A stretch of 64,000 nt of DNA, taken from assembly GCA_039794325.1 (NCBI GenBank), contig JBDIVP010000001.1:6233-70232 (forward strand), given 5' to 3'. This document shows positions 47,332 through 57,832 of the stretch, one piece after another. Each line of letters begins with the position of its first letter. The stretch's first letter is position 1. The stretch comes from Nitrospirales bacterium (GTDB lineage Bacteria > Nitrospirota > Nitrospiria > Nitrospirales > UBA8639). A program made the translations under genes and the position numbers. Under the pieces are notes generated by a model. That model saw only the letters and a program-made list of their open reading frames with translations. It searched no databases and was not told the DNA's origin.

Positions 47332-47371
47332 TGGGAAAATGGGCCCTTACTATTTGAAAGGGCGAGGGCCC
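47332..47371 (-). terminator. candidate intrinsic terminator downstream of bioF
   Basis: On the minus strand, GGGCCCT (47371-47365) pairs with AGGGCCC (47347-47341) across a 17-nt loop. ATTTTCCCA follows. It starts 18 nt after the bioF stop. Confidence 0.35.
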
Positions 47372-47388
47372 GGGGATGAGAACACGGC

Positions 47389-48549
47389 TTAAATAATCCG
47401 AAGGGCTTTCCCGACCCGGTGAAGGGCGGACAGGCAGGTGTCAATGTGGGAAGGGGTATGGTCGGCGGTCACGGTAATGCGGAGGCGGCTGGTATGTCTG
47501 GGGACCGTGGGGGGGCGGATGGCCGGTATAAAAATACCTTCCTCCAGGAGGGCCCGGCTCATCCGCACGGCCAGTTCAGGGTCTTTCAGGAGAACGGGCA
47601 AAATCGGACTTTGCGTGGGAGTCAGGGTATAGCCCATGGAAGAAAGCCCATCCAGCAGGCGGGCGCGATTGCCCCACAGGCGGGTCCGGCGATCGGGTTC
47701 CACCGCTAAAATGTCCAACGCGGCCAGGGCGGCGCCTGCAAGGGCGGGCGACGGAGCGGTGGAAAAGATGAAAGGGCGGGACGTATTGACCAGATAGGAG
47801 GTGAAATCCTTTGGCCCGGCCACAAATCCCCCGCTTACGCCTATGGCTTTGCTCAGAGTGCCCATATGGAGAAGCGCGTGAGGAGGGATTCCGAAATGTT
47901 CAACGGTCCCCCGTCCGTGGGCACCCATGACCCCGGTTCCGTGGGCATCGTCTACAAGGAGAGTCGCTTCATAGGTTCGGGCGAGATCCACAATATCGGG
48001 CAACGGGGCCAGGTCCCCATCCATGCTGAACACCCCTTCCGTGATAATCAGGACGGGGCGGCGGGCCTTCCTTCCCGAGAGCAGGGTTTTCAGATGCTCC
48101 GGATCATTATGACGAAAAATGCGAAGGGTGGCCTTACTGAGGCGGCACCCTTCAACCAGGCTGGCATGGCACAACCGGTCGGCCAGGATCAGGCTGTCCG
48201 TGGTGACCAGGGCGGGAATGACGCCGATATTCGTGAGATAACCTGAAGAAAAGCCGAGGGCCGATTCGGTTCCTTTCAGGTCGGCCAGGCGTTCTTCCAA
48301 TCTTTGCTGAGGAAGGAGTGAACCGGAAATGAGCCGGGAGGCCCCGGATCCGACTCCATAGCGTTGAATGGTGTCGATGGCTGCCTGTTTGACGGCCGGA
48401 TGAGTGGCCAGGCCCAGATAATTGTTTGAGGCAAACTGGAGTACGGAGCGGTCCTGAACCGTAACCGTGGGGCCGGCCGGCGAATCGATGGTCATCAATT
48501 CCCGTAATAAATGTTGTTGAGCCAGTTGTTGAAGGGTGGTCTTGAACAT
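47389..48549 (-). CDS. bioF: 8-amino-7-oxononanoate synthase-type PLP-dependent acyltransferase
   Basis: 386 aa from the ATG at 48549 (the ORF is open to 48642). It has an alpha-oxoamine synthase pattern (NNYLGL, DDAHGTGVMG, GTLSKAIG with the PLP Lys). Assignment to BioF rather than Kbl rests on overall resemblance only. Confidence 0.8.
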   Translation of the reverse strand: MFKTTLQQLAQQHLLRELMTIDSPAGPTVTVQDRSVLQFASNNYLGLATHPAVKQAAIDTIQRYGVGSGASRLISGSLLPQQRLEERLADLKGTESALGFSSGYLTNIGVIPALVTTDSLILADRLCHASLVEGCRLSKATLRIFRHNDPEHLKTLLSGRKARRPVLIITEGVFSMDGDLAPLPDIVDLARTYEATLLVDDAHGTGVMGAHGRGTVEHFGIPPHALLHMGTLSKAIGVSGGFVAGPKDFTSYLVNTSRPFIFSTAPSPALAGAALAALDILAVEPDRRTRLWGNRARLLDGLSSMGYTLTPTQSPILPVLLKDPELAVRMSRALLEEGIFIPAIRPPTVPRHTSRLRITVTADHTPSHIDTCLSALHRVGKALRII

Positions 48550-48721
48550 GGATGAGGCCGGGCAGGTCACTGAGGGCAAGGGGGATCGGCGGGGATCCTG
48601 CCTTTTCGGTTTCGCATGGGCCCGGTTCCTGCTACAATACACGTTGACTTAAAAAAACTCCAAGCATTACCATAAAACATTTATCAATAGGATAAAGAAG
48701 GGGGTATTCTACCCAAACGCC

Positions 48722-48753
48722 GGGAAAAGGGATTTTCTCCATTTTTTTCTTTT
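48722..48753 (+). terminator. terminator-like hairpin plus T-tract inside the ilvB leader (possible attenuator)
   Basis: GGGAAAA GGGA TTTTCTC forms a 7-bp, A-U-rich stem at 48722-48739. CATTTTTTTCTTTTG follows (a T7 then a T4 run, 48742-48753). It lies about 60 nt upstream of the ilvB ATG and there is no plus-strand gene upstream. Confidence 0.35.
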
Positions 48754-48813
48754 GTTCATCTAGATCCTACTGAGGGTCCCATAACCCAATCCCATAACCA
48801 AAAGGTGGATATC

Positions 48814-50589
48814 ATGCAACTGACGGGATCAGAAATTTTTGTGGAAGCTCTGAAACGTGAAGGCGTTAAGACGATTTTTGCGCTCCCGGGTGGCGTGGTA
48901 TTGAAAATTTTCGATGTGTTGCACCAGCAAAATGATGTCCGCGTGGTGTTAACCCGGCATGAGCAGGGTGCCGGCCATATGGCCGAAGGCTATGCCAAGG
49001 CTACCGGAAAGGCCGGTGTTTGCCTCATTACCTCCGGTCCCGGCATGACCAATGTTATCACGGCCCTGGCTGATGCGTATATGGATTCCGTTCCGGTCGT
49101 GGCGTTTTCCGGACAGGTGCCGACTGCTTTGATCGGCAACGATGCTTTTCAGGAAGCCGACAATATCGGATTAAGCCGGCCCTGTACCAAATATAATTTT
49201 CTGGTGAAGGATGTGAAGGACCTGGCCCAGACCATTAAGGAAGCCTTCTACATTGCCACCACCGGGAGACCGGGGCCGGTGCTGGTGGATATTCCCAAAG
49301 ATATTTCCATGGATAAAGCGGAGTTCCATTATCCCAATTCCGTGTCCATCCGCGGCTACAATCCCACCTATGAAGGAAGCAAGTGGAAAATCAAGCAGGC
49401 CGCCGAAGCCATCGTCAAAGCCAAACGGCCGATTCTGTATGTGGGAGGGGGGGTGCTCTTTTCCGGTGCGACGGCTGAGTTAAAAGAGTTGGCCGAAATG
49501 ACCCATATTCCCGTGGACATGACGTTGATGGCATTGGGAGCCTTTCCCGGGGATCACCCGTTGTCCCTGGGCATGTTGGGCATGCACGGGACCTATGTGG
49601 CCAACATGGCCATGCACTATTCGGATCTGGTGATTGCCGTCGGAGCCCGGTTTGATGACCGGGTGACCGGAAAGGTCTCGGAATTCTGCCCAAAAGCCAA
49701 AGTCATTCATATTGATATTGACCCGACCTCGATCCGGAAAAACATTCATGTGGATATTCCGATCGTCGGGGATTGCAAGCGGGTGCTGAGCGAGTTGAAC
49801 AACATTCTGCGGGCCACCGTCAACGGTGATCAAAAGGAACACCGGAAACCCTGGTGGGATCAATTGAATGCCTGGATGCAGGAGCACCCCCTCCGGTACG
49901 ACCAGGATCCGGAAGCGAAGATCAAGCCGCAATATCTCATCGATCGCCTGTATCATCTGACCATCGATCGTGACCCCATTGTGTCCACTGATGTGGGCCA
50001 GCATCAAATGTGGTCCGCGCAATATTTCAAGTTGAGGAATCCACGGACCTGGCTGACCTCCGGGGGGTTGGGAACCATGGGGTTCGGCTTTCCGGCCGCC
50101 ATGGGTGCCCAGGCGGCGTTTCCCGACCGGCTGGTGCTGTGTATCGCCGGGGACGGCAGCGTTCAGATGAATACCCAGGAGTTGGCGACGGCCGTCGTGG
50201 AAAAATTACCGGTCAAGGTCTTTGTGATCAACAACCGGTTCCATGGTATGGTTCGTCAATGGCAGGACTTGTTCTACGAAGGGCGGTATGCCTCCAGTTA
50301 TCTGGGGCAGGTTCCGGATTTTGTGAAACTGGCGGAGGCCTACGGGGCGGCCGGAGTGCGTATAGAAACCGTGGGACAGGTGGACGATGGGATTCGGGAG
50401 GCTTTGTCGATCGACCGGCCGGTGTTTGTCGACGTGCCCGTCTATCAATTTGAAAACTGCTATCCCATGATTCCCGCCGGGGGATGCAATCATGAAATGA
50501 TCCTGGAAGATCCACCGGACTTGAAAAAGCCCCGAACGGCACAGCCGACCAGCGTGCAATCCGATTCGGATACGGTATTAACGGCCTAA
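48814..50589 (+). CDS. ilvB: acetolactate synthase large subunit
   Basis: About 591 aa from the ATG at 48814, preceded by AAGGTGGA. It shows ThDP-enzyme signatures (GGLGTMGFGFPAAMGA, GDGSVQMNTQEL). Confidence 0.96.
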   Translation: MQLTGSEIFVEALKREGVKTIFALPGGVVLKIFDVLHQQNDVRVVLTRHEQGAGHMAEGYAKATGKAGVCLITSGPGMTNVITALADAYMDSVPVVAFSGQVPTALIGNDAFQEADNIGLSRPCTKYNFLVKDVKDLAQTIKEAFYIATTGRPGPVLVDIPKDISMDKAEFHYPNSVSIRGYNPTYEGSKWKIKQAAEAIVKAKRPILYVGGGVLFSGATAELKELAEMTHIPVDMTLMALGAFPGDHPLSLGMLGMHGTYVANMAMHYSDLVIAVGARFDDRVTGKVSEFCPKAKVIHIDIDPTSIRKNIHVDIPIVGDCKRVLSELNNILRATVNGDQKEHRKPWWDQLNAWMQEHPLRYDQDPEAKIKPQYLIDRLYHLTIDRDPIVSTDVGQHQMWSAQYFKLRNPRTWLTSGGLGTMGFGFPAAMGAQAAFPDRLVLCIAGDGSVQMNTQELATAVVEKLPVKVFVINNRFHGMVRQWQDLFYEGRYASSYLGQVPDFVKLAEAYGAAGVRIETVGQVDDGIREALSIDRPVFVDVPVYQFENCYPMIPAGGCNHEMILEDPPDLKKPRTAQPTSVQSDSDTVLTA

Positions 50590-50610
50590 CCTCAGGTACG
50601 CAAAGACATT

Positions 50611-51132
50611 ATGGAACACATTCTTTCCCTGACCCTGGAAAATAAATTCGGCGCCCTGTCCCGCGTGGCGGGGCTCTTCAGCGGACGAGGCTTCAACATC
50701 GAGAGTCTGTCGGTGGCCCCGACGCTGGACCCGTCGGTCTCCATGATGACGTTGGTCACGAAAGGGGATGACCGCATCATTGAGCAGATCATGAAGCAGT
50801 TGAATAAGGTGATCGACGTGATCAAGGTGGTGGATATCAGTGAAAGTGATTTCGTCGAACGGGAAACAGCGTTGATTAAGGTGCATACGCGACCCGAAGA
50901 CCGGGCGGAGGCCCTCAGAATTGCCGATATTTTCCGGGCCAATGTGGTCGATTCTTCTCCATCGAGTTACACGATCGAAGTCACGGGGGATGTGCGGAAA
51001 GTTCAAGCCATCATTAACTTGTTGCAGCCTTTGGGCATCAAGGAACTGGTTCGGACCGGTCGAATCGCCATCGGACGGGAACCGACCCGGCCTTTGCAGG
51101 CGCAACCCCGAACTCTTGCCAAGGCCAATTAG
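50611..51132 (+). CDS. ilvN: acetolactate synthase small (regulatory) subunit
   Basis: 173 aa with an ACT-domain N-terminus (HILSLTLENKFGALSRVAGLFSGRGFNIESL). Its position after ilvB agrees. Confidence 0.95.
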   Translation: MEHILSLTLENKFGALSRVAGLFSGRGFNIESLSVAPTLDPSVSMMTLVTKGDDRIIEQIMKQLNKVIDVIKVVDISESDFVERETALIKVHTRPEDRAEALRIADIFRANVVDSSPSSYTIEVTGDVRKVQAIINLLQPLGIKELVRTGRIAIGREPTRPLQAQPRTLAKAN

Positions 51133-51207
51133 GCTGACCAACCGGATTGTCTATATACACGCGGAGAGTGATCCGTCTTGCGGCGGGGAGGGCCGCGTGC
51201 CATATGA

Positions 51208-52263
<1,056 letters not shown>

Positions 52264-52295
52264 GGGCATGGGTACGGCTAGGAAGGTCTTCGGAA

Positions 52296-52961
52296 ATGGC
52301 TGATCGGGCCAAGGGTCTTCCGGTGGCGACGGAAGGTGTGCCGTTTATTCTGGCGACGGGGGGCTTGACCGCGGCCGGATGGATGGCCGGGTTGGGCTGG
52401 CCGACGGGGGTGCTTGGCGCGCTGACCCTGTTTGTCACGTGGTTTTTTCGGAATCCTGCCCGTCTTATTCCCTCCGGCGAGCATCTGGTGGTGTCTCCCG
52501 GAGACGGGACCGTGGTGGCGGTGGAAGAAGAGTTTGAACATCGCTTTCTGAAAACCCCCACGATCCGTATCAGTATTTTTTTGAATGTCTTCAATGTGCA
52601 TATCAACCGGATGCCCATGGCAGGGATCGTGCGGGAGGTTCTGTATCAGCCCGGCCGGTTTCTGGCGGCCAATAAGCCCGGGGCATCCATCCAGAACGAA
52701 CAAAATGCCTTGCTGATTGAGCGAGCGGACGGAACCCGGGTGTTGTGTGTGCAAATTGCCGGTTTAATCGCCCGCCGGATTGTCTGTTGGGTGAAACCCG
52801 GTGAGCAGGTGGAAAAGGGCGAACGGTTCGGGCTGATTCGATTCGGGTCACGCATGGATGTCTATCTCCCCAAGTCCAGTGCGGTGACCGTCAAAGTGGG
52901 CGATAAGGTCAAGGGCGGATCGTCAATCGTGGGAGAATTGCCATGCGTGGAGGCTTCATGA
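52296..52961 (+). CDS. psd: phosphatidylserine decarboxylase proenzyme (short form)
   Basis: 221 aa with the self-cleavage FGS motif in GLIRFGSRMDVYLP and a membrane-associated N-terminus. Confidence 0.9.
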   Translation: MADRAKGLPVATEGVPFILATGGLTAAGWMAGLGWPTGVLGALTLFVTWFFRNPARLIPSGEHLVVSPGDGTVVAVEEEFEHRFLKTPTIRISIFLNVFNVHINRMPMAGIVREVLYQPGRFLAANKPGASIQNEQNALLIERADGTRVLCVQIAGLIARRIVCWVKPGEQVEKGERFGLIRFGSRMDVYLPKSSAVTVKVGDKVKGGSSIVGELPCVEAS

Positions 52962-53746
52962 AATCGAACGCACATAACCAGAAACGGCGGCGAGTCGTCT
53001 ACCTGATTCCGAATCTGTTGACCACCGGAAATTTGTTCAGCGGATTAGCCTCGGTCCTGTTTGTTTTTTCCGGCAATTTTCAGGCGGCGGCCATCGCCAT
53101 TCTGGTGGCCATCGTCTTTGATGTTCTGGACGGAACCTCCGCCCGGCTGATGAAGAGCACCAGTCAATTCGGGCTGCAATATGATTCGCTGGGCGATGTG
53201 GTGTCCTTCGGGGTTGCCCCGGGCATGTTGATTTATGTCTGGGCCTTGAGTATGCCGAAAATGCTGGGGGCGGCCGTGATGTTTGCCTTTGTGGCCTGCG
53301 GGGCCTTACGGCTGGCACGATATAATGTCATGGCCACCTCGAGTGCCGGGGAGGGGAAGCCCTTCACCGGCCTGCCCATTCCCGGTGCGGCCGGCGTCAT
53401 CGCCACCCTGGTGATCTTTGATCATCATGTGATCGCGCTCGGCGAGCAGGTCAAGCCCTTTGTCGGAATTATTCTCAGTCTGGCGCTGGCCTTCCTGATG
53501 GTCAGCACCTTCCGGTACCGCAGTCTCAAGGAACTGAAAACGCAGGAACACCACCATTTCAATTATTTGGTCTATGCCGTGCTGATTCTCATGGCGGTCC
53601 TGGCCTATCCGCAGGCTATGTTGTTTGTGGTGTTTTTGGCCTATGCGCTCTCAGGCGTCATCGAACAAATTTGGACGTGGGTGGCGGGACTGTCCGGCAA
53701 AAAAGTCGAAAGACAAGACCGGCCGGAAGAATTGCCCAGCAAATGA
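52958..53746 (+). CDS. pssA: CDP-diacylglycerol--serine O-phosphatidyltransferase
   Basis: About 262 aa from the ATG at 52958 (ATGA overlap with the psd stop). It has the CDP-alcohol phosphatidyltransferase motif DVLDGTSARL...GLQYDSLGDVVSF. Confidence 0.9.
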   Translation: MKSNAHNQKRRRVVYLIPNLLTTGNLFSGLASVLFVFSGNFQAAAIAILVAIVFDVLDGTSARLMKSTSQFGLQYDSLGDVVSFGVAPGMLIYVWALSMPKMLGAAVMFAFVACGALRLARYNVMATSSAGEGKPFTGLPIPGAAGVIATLVIFDHHVIALGEQVKPFVGIILSLALAFLMVSTFRYRSLKELKTQEHHHFNYLVYAVLILMAVLAYPQAMLFVVFLAYALSGVIEQIWTWVAGLSGKKVERQDRPEELPSK

Positions 53747-53805
53747 TCCCACGGTTGGAACACGGACAGGAAAACAATCCTTAACCAGCGGAACGGATGT
53801 GACCC

Positions 53806-55356
53806 ATGACGACGCGGATGATCAGAATTTTCGATACCACATTACGGGACGGCGAGCAGTCGCCGGGGGCCAGCATGAATATCGAGGAGAAAATCCTTGT
53901 GGCCAAGCAGTTGGCCCGGTTGAATGTGGATATTATCGAAGCCGGCTTCGCCTTCAGTTCGCCCGGCGACTTTGAGGCCGTCCATCGGATCGCCCATGAA
54001 GTCGAAGGCCCGGTCGTGTGCAGTCTGGCCCGCGCCAAACCGGAAGATATTGATCGCGCCTGGGAAGCCTTGAAGGGATCCGCCAAGTGCCGGATCCACA
54101 CCTTTCTGTCGGCATCCGACATTCATTTGAAATATCAATTCAGAATGACCCGTGATGAAGCCCTGAAGCGGGGAGTGGAAATGGTCCGTCATGCCCGGGG
54201 GTATGTGGACGATGTTGAATATTCCCCGATGGATGCCACACGATCGGATTTGTCCTATCTGTGTGAAGTGGTGGAGGCGGTCATTGAGGCCGGAGCCGGC
54301 ACCGTGAATATTCCCGATACGGTGGGTTATACGACACCACAGGAATTCGGCCACATCATCCGCACCTTACGGGAGCGGGTGAAGGGCATCGAACAGGCGG
54401 TTATTTCCGTCCACTGCCACAACGATCTGGGGCTGGCCGTGGCCAACTCCATGGCGGCTATTCATGCGGGAGCCGGACAGGTGGAATGCACCATCAACGG
54501 CATCGGGGAGCGTGCCGGCAACGCCTCGCTGGAAGAAATCGTCATGGGGCTGCGCACGCGGAAGGATTTTTACCAGGCCGATACCCGGATTCATACGGAA
54601 GAAATCTCCAAGGCCAGCCGCTTGGTCAGCAATATTACCGGCATGGTGGTGCAACCGAACAAAGCGATCGTGGGGGCCAATGCCTTTGCCCATACCTCCG
54701 GCATCCATCAGGATGGACTGTTAAAGGAGAAAAGCACGTATGAAATCATGATGCCGGAGTCGGTCGGATTAACCCAAAGCCGCCTGGTGATGGGGAAATT
54801 GTCCGGCCGTCATGCCTTCCGTGAGGAATTGGCCCGTTTGGGCTACAGTCTGACGGAACAGGAAATGTCGGAAGCTTTTGAGCGGTTCAAGCGGTTGGCG
54901 GATCAGAAAAAGGAGTTGTTCGAGGAAGACCTTGAAGCCATCGTCAATAAGGCCGTCACCAAGGTGCCGGAACGGTATGTCTTGAAAGGCTTGCATGTGG
55001 AAAGCGGGTTGGACCGGCGTCCTTCCGCCAACGTCGAATTGCTGATCGATGGGCAGGCAACGGGAAAGACCGGGGAAGGGGATGGTCCGGTGGATGCGGT
55101 CTATCGCACCATTGCCGCGCTGACCCGGACCAAAAGCCTGTTGAAGGCCTACATCGTGAAGGCGATTACCGGGGGCACCGATGCACAGGGGGAAGTCTCG
55201 GTGCGTGTGGAGGAAGATGGAGAAACCGTCACGGGGCACGGGTCCGATACGGATATCATCATTGCATCCGCTCAAGCCTATCTTAACGCCCTGAACAAGC
55301 TCGCCGACCTGAAGGACCGGCATGCCCGGGCCGAACAAAAAATCGGCATCTGTTGA
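53806..55356 (+). CDS. leuA: 2-isopropylmalate synthase
   Basis: 516 aa (IFDTTLRDGEQSPGASM, HCHNDLGLAVANS, HTSGIHQDG) plus a C-terminal LeuA regulatory domain. A citramalate synthase function cannot be excluded from sequence reading alone. Confidence 0.9.
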   Translation: MTTRMIRIFDTTLRDGEQSPGASMNIEEKILVAKQLARLNVDIIEAGFAFSSPGDFEAVHRIAHEVEGPVVCSLARAKPEDIDRAWEALKGSAKCRIHTFLSASDIHLKYQFRMTRDEALKRGVEMVRHARGYVDDVEYSPMDATRSDLSYLCEVVEAVIEAGAGTVNIPDTVGYTTPQEFGHIIRTLRERVKGIEQAVISVHCHNDLGLAVANSMAAIHAGAGQVECTINGIGERAGNASLEEIVMGLRTRKDFYQADTRIHTEEISKASRLVSNITGMVVQPNKAIVGANAFAHTSGIHQDGLLKEKSTYEIMMPESVGLTQSRLVMGKLSGRHAFREELARLGYSLTEQEMSEAFERFKRLADQKKELFEEDLEAIVNKAVTKVPERYVLKGLHVESGLDRRPSANVELLIDGQATGKTGEGDGPVDAVYRTIAALTRTKSLLKAYIVKAITGGTDAQGEVSVRVEEDGETVTGHGSDTDIIIASAQAYLNALNKLADLKDRHARAEQKIGIC

Positions 55357-55514
55357 TCGCCTATATCTGATAGATGGGGCTGACTGGAACCCGGAGGGAG
55401 AGGTCATGTCTTCCATGCTGTGGGGAATGTCATGCCGGCTCCTGATCACGAGAAATACGAGAATGAATGGAAAAAAGCATTTCAATTTTTAAATTGTGAG
55501 GTTTCAAGGGAACT

Positions 55515-56591
55515 ATGAATAAGCGCATTGCCGTGTTGCCGGGAGACGGAATCGGGCGGGAAATCGTGCCGCAGGCCATTCGGGTTCTGGAGGCCGTCGG
55601 GTCCCGGTTCGGTCATCAATTTGAATGTATACCCGCTCAAGTGGGCGGCGAGGCCATTGATGCGACGGGCTATCCGTTACCGCCGGAGACGTTGGCCCTG
55701 GCCAAATCGGCCAATGCGGTGTTGTTGGGCGCGGTCGGAGGGCCCAAATGGGAAGGCTTGGAATATGAACGGCGCCCCGAACGGGCCCTCTTGGGGCTTC
55801 GGGAACAGTTGGGCCTGTTTGCCAATCTGCGCCCCGCGAAAATGTATTCGGCGCTGGTCGGCGCCTCGACGCTCAAGCCGGAGGTGGTGGACGGCATCGA
55901 TGTGCTGGTGGTGCGGGAATTGACCGGAGGCATTTACTTCGGCAAACCCAAAGGGATTGAAGCCACCGCGACCGGTCACCGGGGCATCAATACGGAGGTC
56001 TATACCACCGAAGAAATCCGGCGGATCGCCGATGTGGCCTTTCAAGCCGCCAGAAAACGGAGGAAAGTGGTGACGTCGGTGGATAAGGCGAATGTCTTGG
56101 AATCGTCCGAACTTTGGCGCCGTGAAGTCATCGCCGTTCATCAAAACTATCCGGACGTCGAACTGCGTCATATGTACGTGGATAATTGCGCCATGCAACT
56201 GGTCCGGTACCCCAAGCAATTCGACGTGATCGTGACCACCAACCTCTTCGGGGATATTCTGAGCGATGAAGCGGCGATGCTCACCGGGTCCATCGGCATG
56301 TTGCCGTCGGCCAGCGTAGGCTCCACGGTGGGGATGTATGAACCCATTCATGGCAGTGCCCCCGATATCGCCGGAAAGAATCTGGCCAATCCCATCGGGA
56401 CCATTGCGTCGGTGGCCATGATGCTGGCCTATTCGTTCGATCTCACGAAGGAAGCCGACCTGATTGAACAGGCCATCCAGGCCACCCTGGCGCAGGGGTA
56501 TCGCACCAAGGATATTGAAAGCTCCGGAACCACGCTGCTGGGGACCAAGGAAATGGGCGATCAAATTCTCACCAACCTGGGTGCGCACTGA
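55515..56591 (+). CDS. leuB: 3-isopropylmalate dehydrogenase
   Basis: 358 aa ([38 protein letters not shown]). Confidence 0.96.
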   Translation: MNKRIAVLPGDGIGREIVPQAIRVLEAVGSRFGHQFECIPAQVGGEAIDATGYPLPPETLALAKSANAVLLGAVGGPKWEGLEYERRPERALLGLREQLGLFANLRPAKMYSALVGASTLKPEVVDGIDVLVVRELTGGIYFGKPKGIEATATGHRGINTEVYTTEEIRRIADVAFQAARKRRKVVTSVDKANVLESSELWRREVIAVHQNYPDVELRHMYVDNCAMQLVRYPKQFDVIVTTNLFGDILSDEAAMLTGSIGMLPSASVGSTVGMYEPIHGSAPDIAGKNLANPIGTIASVAMMLAYSFDLTKEADLIEQAIQATLAQGYRTKDIESSGTTLLGTKEMGDQILTNLGAH

Positions 56592-56593
56592 TC

Positions 56594-57802
56594 ATGTTCG
56601 GGAATTGGCCGTCCGGCCGGATTGGTACCCTTGCGGGTTGTGGGGAGCCGGCTTATGGCGGCGATGGAGGACTGGGAATCCAAGCCGGGTTGAACGAGCC
56701 CAAACAGGTGTGTTTTGATGCAGCCGGTAATGTCCTGATCGCCGACTCCGAAAATCATCTGATCCGGCGGGTGCTCAAAGCCTCCGGCGTGATTGAAACC
56801 ATCGCCGGGCGCCCCCTGTCAGGCCAAACTCCAACGCCAACGCCCGCACCGGTGCCGGATACCCTGGAAAGGGAAGAAGACGGGGATCCGCTGGGTGATT
56901 TCGAAGATGCCCCTGGCAAAGCCTACACCCAAACGCCCGACCTCAGCGGAACCGTGCGGTATGTGATCGGGCAGGGTCTGCAGCGGGACCGGTTTGAAGG
57001 CGACGGCGGGCCGGCCACCCGGGCCATGCTGAACTTTCCTTCCGCCGTGGCCGTCAATGCCGCGGGGGAGATTTTTATTGCCGATACCTTCAATCACCGC
57101 ATCCGTTGCATCGATCCCGAATCCGGCTTGATCCGGACGATTGCCGGCACCGGTCAGACCAAATGGACCGGGGATGGCGGCCCGGGCACCGACGCCACCC
57201 TGAACGAACCGGTGGCGCTCGCTGTTGATGGAATCCGCCTGTATATTGCCGATCAGGGCAATCATCGTATTCGCCTCCTGGACCTGGAATCCAGAATCCT
57301 GACGACCATCGCCGGAACGGGCGAATCCGGGTACAATGGAGATGAAATCGATGCGACTGCTGCCGGGCTGGCCGGTCCGAGCGGGCTGGCGCTGGATAGA
57401 GAAGGGCATCTGTATGTGGCGGATACCTTTAACGGGCGTATTCGAAAAATCGATCGCCACACCGGAAAAATCTCGTCGGTTGTGGGCGATGGATCGGAAT
57501 TTCGCTATGACCCGGGTCTCAACGATGGATCCAGTGCTCTGTCGCGGCCGTATGGCATTGCGGTGATGCCGGAGGGGGATGTGTTGATCACCGATTCCGA
57601 TAATCATCTCCTGCGGCGGTGGAATCCGGCGAAAAAAGCCATGACGGTTCTGGCCGGGAACGGCAAGGCCGGGTTCGGGGGGGATGGAGAATCCGCTGCA
57701 AACAGTAGCCTGAATTATCCGTTCGGCGTGGCCGTGGATGCGTGGGGAAACATTGCCATTGCGGATACGTTCAATCACCGCATTCGCTTCATTCCCCGCT
57801 GA
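56594..57802 (+). CDS. six-bladed NHL-repeat beta-propeller protein with no signal peptide
   Basis: 402 aa. It has six units of the type G.G..G..GDGG.A..A.L..P.G.AVD..G...IAD..NHRIR. A roughly 45-aa Pro/Asp/Glu-rich insert lies in unit 2. It starts 2 nt after the leuB stop. Confidence 0.85.
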   Translation: MFGNWPSGRIGTLAGCGEPAYGGDGGLGIQAGLNEPKQVCFDAAGNVLIADSENHLIRRVLKASGVIETIAGRPLSGQTPTPTPAPVPDTLEREEDGDPLGDFEDAPGKAYTQTPDLSGTVRYVIGQGLQRDRFEGDGGPATRAMLNFPSAVAVNAAGEIFIADTFNHRIRCIDPESGLIRTIAGTGQTKWTGDGGPGTDATLNEPVALAVDGIRLYIADQGNHRIRLLDLESRILTTIAGTGESGYNGDEIDATAAGLAGPSGLALDREGHLYVADTFNGRIRKIDRHTGKISSVVGDGSEFRYDPGLNDGSSALSRPYGIAVMPEGDVLITDSDNHLLRRWNPAKKAMTVLAGNGKAGFGGDGESAANSSLNYPFGVAVDAWGNIAIADTFNHRIRFIPR

Positions 57803-57832
57803 ACACCATGCTGCGCATGACCGGAAGGAACG

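Noticed and set aside
48650-48813. A branched-chain amino-acid leader peptide or a T-box in the ilvB leader.
   Set aside because: There is no ATG-initiated short ORF rich in Ile/Val/Leu upstream of the hairpin. The leader (about 165 nt) is too short and lacks a recognisable T-box sequence.
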